A DNA stretch of 54,185 bases from a virus (Duplodnaviria; Caudoviricetes). The stretch is from positions 1 through 54,185 of the IMG/VR virus record IMGVR_UViG_3300036794_000064; one strand, written 5' to 3'. The number at the start of each line of letters is the position of its first letter. The first letter of the stretch is position 1. The notes under the pieces were generated by a model that was not told the DNA's origin, did no database searches, and saw only the letters and a program-made list of their open reading frames with translations. Positions 49,086 to 54,185 of this stretch are shown one piece after another. The translations under genes and the position numbers were made by a program.

Positions 49086-49417
49086 CAGGTCGCTCCTTCG
49101 ACCATCCTGAGCTGTCCTTCGATGAAGTCGAGGCCGACGGCGGTGACCCTGCGGGCCCACAGGCAGATCCAGGTGATTCCGGTGGAATCGGCGACCGTGT
49201 CGCCGGCGGCGACGCCGCACGGGTCGCAGCGCAGCCGGGCGGCGTACACGACTTTGTTGCCGCCGGACAGGGTCGCGTCGGCGGTCGGCGGGCTGACCAC
49301 CGCCCGGACACCGGTAGCGATTGTGGTGGGTGCCGGCTGGCCGGGATCGTACGGGTCGGTGTTCGCCGGCGCCTCCACCCGGGAGACGGTGATCGTGCTC
49401 GTGGCCAGCGGGATCAC
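49085..49417 (-). CDS. Head-closure (stopper) protein
   Basis: IPLATSTITVSR..DPYD...ATGVRAVVS...GDTVAD; neck position. Confidence 0.68.
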   Translation of the reverse strand: MIPLATSTITVSRVEAPANTDPYDPGQPAPTTIATGVRAVVSPPTADATLSGGNKVVYAARLRCDPCGVAAGDTVADSTGITWICLWARRVTAVGLDFIEGQLRMVEGAT

Positions 49418-49770
49418 AGGATCCTCCAGGAGTGGCCCTCGTCGAGGTAGCCGTGGAAGTAGATGCCCTCGGGCCCACCGCCGCAGGCGATCGAAGCCCG
49501 GATCTCCAGGCTGCCGTCCGGGCATTCCCGGAACGTCCACGGCGGCTCAGCGACCCGGTGCAGCCTGTTGCGGCGTTTCGCCGCCCAATCCGCCCGGTCG
49601 GTGGGAGGGTCCGCCCAATGGTCGAATGGGTTGTCGGGGTCGGCGATCGGAAGCAGGAACCAGACGGCCCGGCCGATCTTCTCGCCCGCCGCGTCGACCT
49701 CGTCGGTCGGCCCGAAGTAGTCGCCCGGGCGCTGGATCTCGCCGATGTTGCCCACCCGGCGTCCGGTCAC
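49414..49770 (-). CDS. DUF6527-like protein (tentative)
   Basis: WTFRECPDGSLEIRASI...YFHGYLDEGHSW. Confidence 0.55.
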   Translation of the reverse strand: MTGRRVGNIGEIQRPGDYFGPTDEVDAAGEKIGRAVWFLLPIADPDNPFDHWADPPTDRADWAAKRRNRLHRVAEPPWTFRECPDGSLEIRASIACGGGPEGIYFHGYLDEGHSWRIL

Positions 49771-49773
49771 AGG

Positions 49774-50388
49774 TCACCCATCGGTGAACCGGCCGCCTTG
49801 AAGGAAGCCGTGGTAGTCGTCGGCCGCGATCGAGCCGGCGCCGGCCGCGCACGTGACACCGTCCTTGTCGACCGTGATATTCGGCGGCTCGCCGTGACGC
49901 ACCCAGCAGCGATGCACCGTGTCGTCAGGCAGGGCGCAGTTGCTGGCGCGCCCGTCGATCGTCCACTCCGCGCCGTTCGGGCATTTAACTACGAGGCTGC
50001 GACCGTCGGGGCCTTTCCACGGGTACCACCAGGCGTCCCACATCGCCCCCGGCGGGGCGTCGCGAATGGTGGTGACAGCGCCGGTATCAGCCCGGCGGTA
50101 TTGGCTCTCCTGCCAGTTCTGCCACTCGTCCGCCGCGGTGAACAGGTAGTCGCAGCCGTCGCATTTCGCTGGCCACCGCGGATCGTCGTGCGGTGGGTAG
50201 GCGAAGTAGGCGCCCCGGATGTAGCCGTCGGCGCCGGTGACGGGCGTCGCCGATCCGAGAATCGCCTTGGCGTGGTGGTAGCCGTCCGCGCACGTCCAGC
50301 CATCCGAATGGCGCACATAGCGGCGCAGGCCGACCTCGACCCGGCCGGTGAATTCGATCATGAACGCCGGGACGCCCGCGTAGGTCAT
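49774..50388 (-). CDS. Cys/His/Trp-rich protein with DUF6527-like C-terminus (tentative)
   Basis: CDGC, APPGAMW, CPNG.EWTID.RASNC, HRCWVRHGEPPNITV..C..GAGSI...YHGFLQGG. Confidence 0.6.
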   Translation of the reverse strand: MTYAGVPAFMIEFTGRVEVGLRRYVRHSDGWTCADGYHHAKAILGSATPVTGADGYIRGAYFAYPPHDDPRWPAKCDGCDYLFTAADEWQNWQESQYRRADTGAVTTIRDAPPGAMWDAWWYPWKGPDGRSLVVKCPNGAEWTIDGRASNCALPDDTVHRCWVRHGEPPNITVDKDGVTCAAGAGSIAADDYHGFLQGGRFTDG

Positions 50389-51038
50389 GTGGTGGTGGTG
50401 ACCTGGGCGTCCCAGGCGTGCGCCTGCGGATGACGCCACCGTTTGATATCCCGACCCAACTGCCGGTCCCGGGACACCATCGACGCCAAATCCCCCGACA
50501 TCGACACTCCCCCCACAGACACGCTCTTCACGCCGCCCGGCATGTCCGTCAACACCGCCGGGTTCGACAGGTACCAGCAGACTTTGCACACGATCCGACG
50601 CAACGACGCCGGCAGCTGCGGGCCGGCGCCGGCGGGACCCGTGTAGCCGCCCCAGTAGGTGATGTCCGTCTGCGGGGGCACCACCCCCACCCACACCGGC
50701 AGCGACGGGAGCGGAATGAACCAGCCGACCCAGATCCCGTTCCCTTGGAAGATCCCGATGTTCGACGTCCCGGCCGGCGAGATGACCGCTTTCGACGTGT
50801 CGAGCGGCGTCGCGGTCGGGTACACCTGCCCGTTGCGGTACAGGTACAGCCGTTCGGTGTACTGGGCGTAGAGGAGGGTGCGGCGGCATTCGCGTTGGAT
50901 CATGTCCAACGCATCTGCCAGGTTCGCCGTCACAGTCTCCGACGAGGTGGCCGAATCCTGGGTGACTGCCTGATATTGGGCGACCGTCACGAGAGGGTTC
51001 GTGTCGGCAGTGCCGCTGTTCGGGGTGGCAGGGATCAT
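50385..51038 (-). CDS. Head-tail adaptor (gp6/gp15-like)
   Basis: LADALDMIQRECRR, ITYWGGY...LPASLRRIV, VKSVSVGGVS; follows the capsid gene. Confidence 0.75.
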   Translation of the reverse strand: MIPATPNSGTADTNPLVTVAQYQAVTQDSATSSETVTANLADALDMIQRECRRTLLYAQYTERLYLYRNGQVYPTATPLDTSKAVISPAGTSNIGIFQGNGIWVGWFIPLPSLPVWVGVVPPQTDITYWGGYTGPAGAGPQLPASLRRIVCKVCWYLSNPAVLTDMPGGVKSVSVGGVSMSGDLASMVSRDRQLGRDIKRWRHPQAHAWDAQVTTTT

Positions 51039-51268
51039 CGGCTCCTCCTTCCCCTCTTCGCCGCTGGCGGTACGGGCGGTACGGGCGGTTCCGGCTCGGG
51101 TTCCGGGTCCACGACGGCTGGCTGGTCGTCGGGCAGCTGATCGACCGTGAACACCCGACCCGACCAGCCGGCCGGCGCCGGCTTACGGAAATCCTCCAAC
51201 CGGATGTGCGGGATCTCGGCTTTGAGGTCGGTGGCCCGCTTACGCGGATACACACGTAAGCGGGCCAC
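51035..51268 (-). CDS. Small Pro-rich protein after the capsid gene
   Basis: 77 aa, PEPEPEPPVPPVPP and basic tail. Confidence 0.55.
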   Translation of the reverse strand: MARLRVYPRKRATDLKAEIPHIRLEDFRKPAPAGWSGRVFTVDQLPDDQPAVVDPEPEPEPPVPPVPPAAKRGRRSR

Positions 51269-51279
51269 CGATCAGCCCA

Positions 51280-52608
51280 CTACGACAGGGCCGTGTTGCA
51301 GGCCAGGTCGGGCCGGAAAATCATGAGCCCGGTCCGCTCCTCCGTGATCAGCAGCACCAAGTTCTGCTCGGCGTACCGCTCGTTGTACACCTGGGTGTTG
51401 ACCTGCTCGCGGTCGACGATCATCATCGACCGTTCGAAGTCGCACACCAGAGCGGACCCGGAAGGCTTGGCACGGGTCCGGTAGGTCGGCACACCCCACA
51501 CCGTCAGCGGCAGAGCCGAGAACGGCGTGCCGGCATCGAACGTGCCGGACCCGCCCGCCGCGCGCTTGGTGAACATCGACCAGGCGTCCGTCGGGTTGAA
51601 CACCACCGCGGTGACCGCCCCGTCCTGGTTCTCCACCTTCGCGAACGCATTCCCGACAGTGATCGCGTACTCCCCCGAGGTTGAGGTCTGGGAGAGGATG
51701 TTGGGGTCGTTGAGGATGCCGCCGATGTCCGGCCACGTGCCCGACCCGGACAGGTACTGCTGGTCCTCGCGGAACTTCACCAGGTACGGGAGACGCTGGT
51801 TGATGTACTGGACTACCGCGGGGGCGTCCTGGAACATCTGCTTCGACAAGGTCAACGTCGACGCCACCACGGTGATGGGGGCGTTCTCCGACTCGAACGA
51901 CAGCTGCGCGGACGGCTTGGTCGAGCCTTCCGCCACCGTCGAAGCGCCGCCGGAGGCGACGGACTCGCCGGCGACCGGGTTGAGTTCCCGGACGTACGGC
52001 ATCGTCGGCAGGGTGGTGGTCATGGTCGGGATCAGGTCCCGCAGGTACAGCTTGGCGTGACGCGGCACCGGAGGGATCGGCTGGCCCAACCTGGGGAGGA
52101 GACCGCCGGAGTCGGTCGAATCGAAGCTCGGAGGACCGGACGATCCCCATTCGGTGACCGCGGCCCGGACGCCTTCGCCGCCGCCGTAGATCGCGGCGAG
52201 ACGCAGCCAGTTGGTGAGCTCCTTGCCGTCTTTGCCGTCGAACTCGGCGGAGAACACGTGCTGGCGTTGACCGGAGCGGCCGTCCAGTTCGTAGTTGACC
52301 CAGCCGCCGTTCGGGCTGCGCTCGAGCGCGGCGAGGAGTTCGGGAGTGACGATGGCGTCGCCGATCGACCGGAACCCGGCGCCGACGAGCGGGGCGGCGG
52401 TGGCGGCGATGCGGGCCTGCTCGCGTCGTTCGACGGCGGCGGACAGGGTCAGGAAGGTGTCGAGCGAGTCGACCTCGCGGATCATGTCCTTGAGGGCGTC
52501 GTCGTCGATGTCGGAGCGGCGCCCTTCGGACAGGTCGATGAAGTCGCTTTTCAGCTCCTTCAGTCGGGCTTCTACGTCCTCTACGGACGCGTCGGATAGT
52601 TTCAGCAC
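51280..52608 (-). CDS. Major capsid protein (HK97 fold, N-terminal scaffold/delta domain)
   Basis: LRDLIPT, YVRE, VAEGSTKP, LSKQMFQDAP, EDQQYLSG.G, FNPTD, WGVP, NLVLLITEERTGL..FRP. Confidence 0.93.
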   Translation of the reverse strand: MLKLSDASVEDVEARLKELKSDFIDLSEGRRSDIDDDALKDMIREVDSLDTFLTLSAAVERREQARIAATAAPLVGAGFRSIGDAIVTPELLAALERSPNGGWVNYELDGRSGQRQHVFSAEFDGKDGKELTNWLRLAAIYGGGEGVRAAVTEWGSSGPPSFDSTDSGGLLPRLGQPIPPVPRHAKLYLRDLIPTMTTTLPTMPYVRELNPVAGESVASGGASTVAEGSTKPSAQLSFESENAPITVVASTLTLSKQMFQDAPAVVQYINQRLPYLVKFREDQQYLSGSGTWPDIGGILNDPNILSQTSTSGEYAITVGNAFAKVENQDGAVTAVVFNPTDAWSMFTKRAAGGSGTFDAGTPFSALPLTVWGVPTYRTRAKPSGSALVCDFERSMMIVDREQVNTQVYNERYAEQNLVLLITEERTGLMIFRPDLACNTALS

Positions 52609-52721
52609 AGCGGTCCCCTTTCAGGGTTCGATTGGTTGGGGGACGCGCGCCGTGAGCAGTCGACTCGGAACGGTGTGCGTGTCGCCCCGCAATCGACGGG
52701 GCCTTGAAGCGGTTCGCCGGT

Positions 52722-53411
52722 TTAGCTGGCGAGGGCGGTGACTGCGGCGGCGGTGAAGCGGTCGCGGTCAGCGAAATATCCGGGGCGGGTCTGCATGGCC
52801 ACCCCGTGTTGGTCGAGATCGACGAAGGTTTCGTCGCCGCGCATGGGGATGATCATGGAGCCGGGGTTGGCGAGGCCGGCGAGGATGTCGTCGCCGACGT
52901 AGGCGGCTTCGGGGTCGGCGAGGCGGACGGTTTCTTCGGCGGCGAGCATGCGGACGAGGGCGTCGTGGGCCATGAAGATGACCCGGCCGTGGAAGGCGTC
53001 GACTTTGGTGGGGGCGGGGACGACGGACGGGAAGATGAGCTGGCCGTTCATGAAGGACCGGTCGGTGAGCCGGACTCCCCAGTAGCCGGTCACGAACCCG
53101 GGTTTGGCGTGTCGGAGAAGGCATTCCAGGGTGCGGGGTCCGACCGAGGTGTCGTCGTCGGCGAGGAGGTAGTGGTGGGCGGGGTGGAAGAGGGCGGCGA
53201 CGAACTTGCCGCGGCATTCCATGTTGTCGCCGCCGATCACGCTCACCTGAGGGCCGCGGAAGTGGTCGAAACGGTGGGGGGCGGTCGGGTTGTTGTTGAG
53301 GATCAGGATCCGATCCGGCACGGCTGTGCCGTGCTGCAGGTCGTTGACGATCCGTTCGACGTTGGCGAAGCGTGGCTCCCAGAACGAGCAGACCACCGCA
53401 GTGACCGTCAT
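52722..53411 (-). CDS. Glycosyltransferase-like protein (GT-A fold)
   Basis: VTAVVCSFW..R, DRILILNNNP, HYLLADDD (DxD), VGDDIL; ATGA overlap. Confidence 0.72.
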   Translation of the reverse strand: MTVTAVVCSFWEPRFANVERIVNDLQHGTAVPDRILILNNNPTAPHRFDHFRGPQVSVIGGDNMECRGKFVAALFHPAHHYLLADDDTSVGPRTLECLLRHAKPGFVTGYWGVRLTDRSFMNGQLIFPSVVPAPTKVDAFHGRVIFMAHDALVRMLAAEETVRLADPEAAYVGDDILAGLANPGSMIIPMRGDETFVDLDQHGVAMQTRPGYFADRDRFTAAAVTALAS

Positions 53412-54185
53412 GCTGCAGTGGCTCCGTCCATCGACTGCTGCGCCGCCAGGCCGCTGTAGTACAGGCCGGCCGTGACTCGGTCGGCCAGGGCCCGGTACCG
53501 GTCGAGGATGTCGGTCCGCTCGAGCAGATAGTCGCGTTGGGTGTAGAAGGAGAAGTGGGCGACTTGGGCCATGCCGCACACCCGGTTGTCGCGGTTCACG
53601 ATCCCGGGATGGTGCATGGTCAGCCAGTGCTCCTCCTCGTCCCAACTGAGAAAACCGTTGAGGTCGGCGTACTCGGAGCCGTGAATCGCGAAGCAGGACA
53701 CAGAGAACTGCTGGCGGCGTCCCAACTGGAGCTCGGCCGGGAGGAGCAGCGAGTCTTCGGCGCCGGCCTCGAGGTAGGAGAGGAGATGCCCGTGGACGCG
53801 TTCAGCGAACACCGGGTCCTGCCAGCCGACCGGATCCACCGCGGACACCTCCTCGGAGGTCCGGGCCCGGGCGGCGACTTTCCCCCAGTCGAGCGGCAGC
53901 CGGCCGTGCCGCTGAGCCATCCACGACGAAATCGAATTGTTCCAAATCAGCGGGAAGACGGCGATGGTGTCGTACCGTCGGTCGAGTACCCGGTCGGCCA
54001 GGGTGCGCACGGTGTCGGGGTGGACCCAGACGATGTCGTCGTCGAAGCGGACGTAGATGGTGTTGCGGTCCTGCATGTGGAGCGGGAAACGGCCGGTGTT
54101 CAACTGGACCGGCTGCCGGTACCCGGCACGCCATTCGGCCGGAATATCCAGCTCCGGAGTGTCGGGGCCCGGGCATGGCACGCAG
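53408..54185 (-). CDS. 3' part of the junction-spanning GT-A-like glycosyltransferase
   Basis: TIYVRFDDDIVWVH (DxD), FSVSCFAI, DEEEHWLT, VAHFSFYTQ. Confidence 0.8.
   Translation of the reverse strand, partial: CVPCPGPDTPELDIPAEWRAGYRQPVQLNTGRFPLHMQDRNTIYVRFDDDIVWVHPDTVRTLADRVLDRRYDTIAVFPLIWNNSISSWMAQRHGRLPLDWGKVAARARTSEEVSAVDPVGWQDPVFAERVHGHLLSYLEAGAEDSLLLPAELQLGRRQQFSVSCFAIHGSEYADLNGFLSWDEEEHWLTMHHPGIVNRDNRVCGMAQVAHFSFYTQRDYLLERTDILDRYRALADRVTAGLYYSGLAAQQSMDGATAA
54059..54185. repeat. Terminal direct repeat, copy 2
   Basis: Identical to 1-127. Confidence 0.95.

Noticed and set aside
51063-51110. GGCGGTACG / CCGG short repeats as a regulatory element
   Set aside because: Explained by the PEPEPEPPVPPVPP coding sequence
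54059-54185. 127-bp terminal repeat as a biological direct terminal repeat
   Set aside because: It falls mid-gene and its length equals a standard assembler k-mer; it indicates circular assembly, not physical ends

Overview
The window looks like the complete, circularly assembled genome of a GC-rich temperate siphovirus-like phage, probably of an actinobacterial host (inferred from GC content and gene families). Bases 1-127 repeat exactly at 54059-54185, giving a unit length of about 54,058 bp, and one gene runs across the join. Most genes lie on the minus strand. Reading down from about 28.8 kb: cro, excisionase, PD-(D/E)xK nuclease, gp3-like protein, ParB-like protein, YfdP/YfdQ, Mom-like GNAT, an Ala-repeat protein, primase-helicase, a putative origin, terminase, head, neck, tail, lysis genes and a final tail spike. 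A plus-strand lysogeny block at 29.0-33.1 kb carries the repressor, a lipoprotein, putative attP, a tyrosine integrase and a methyltransferase. The head module is the most unusual part. The portal has a C-terminal NUDIX hydrolase and is followed by a stand-alone HExxH zincin, a MuF protein with an extra N-terminal domain, and an HK97 protease with a DUF6582-like tail. Recurrent G-x-R-[A/S] motifs sit at the borders of these extra domains, suggesting protease-released capsid cargo. A translationally coupled cassette of four glycosyltransferases, an NDP-sugar epimerase and a small possible nucleotide-sponge protein lies between the protease and the major capsid gene, suggesting virion glycosylation. 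All family calls come from reading motifs by eye; no database search was run.
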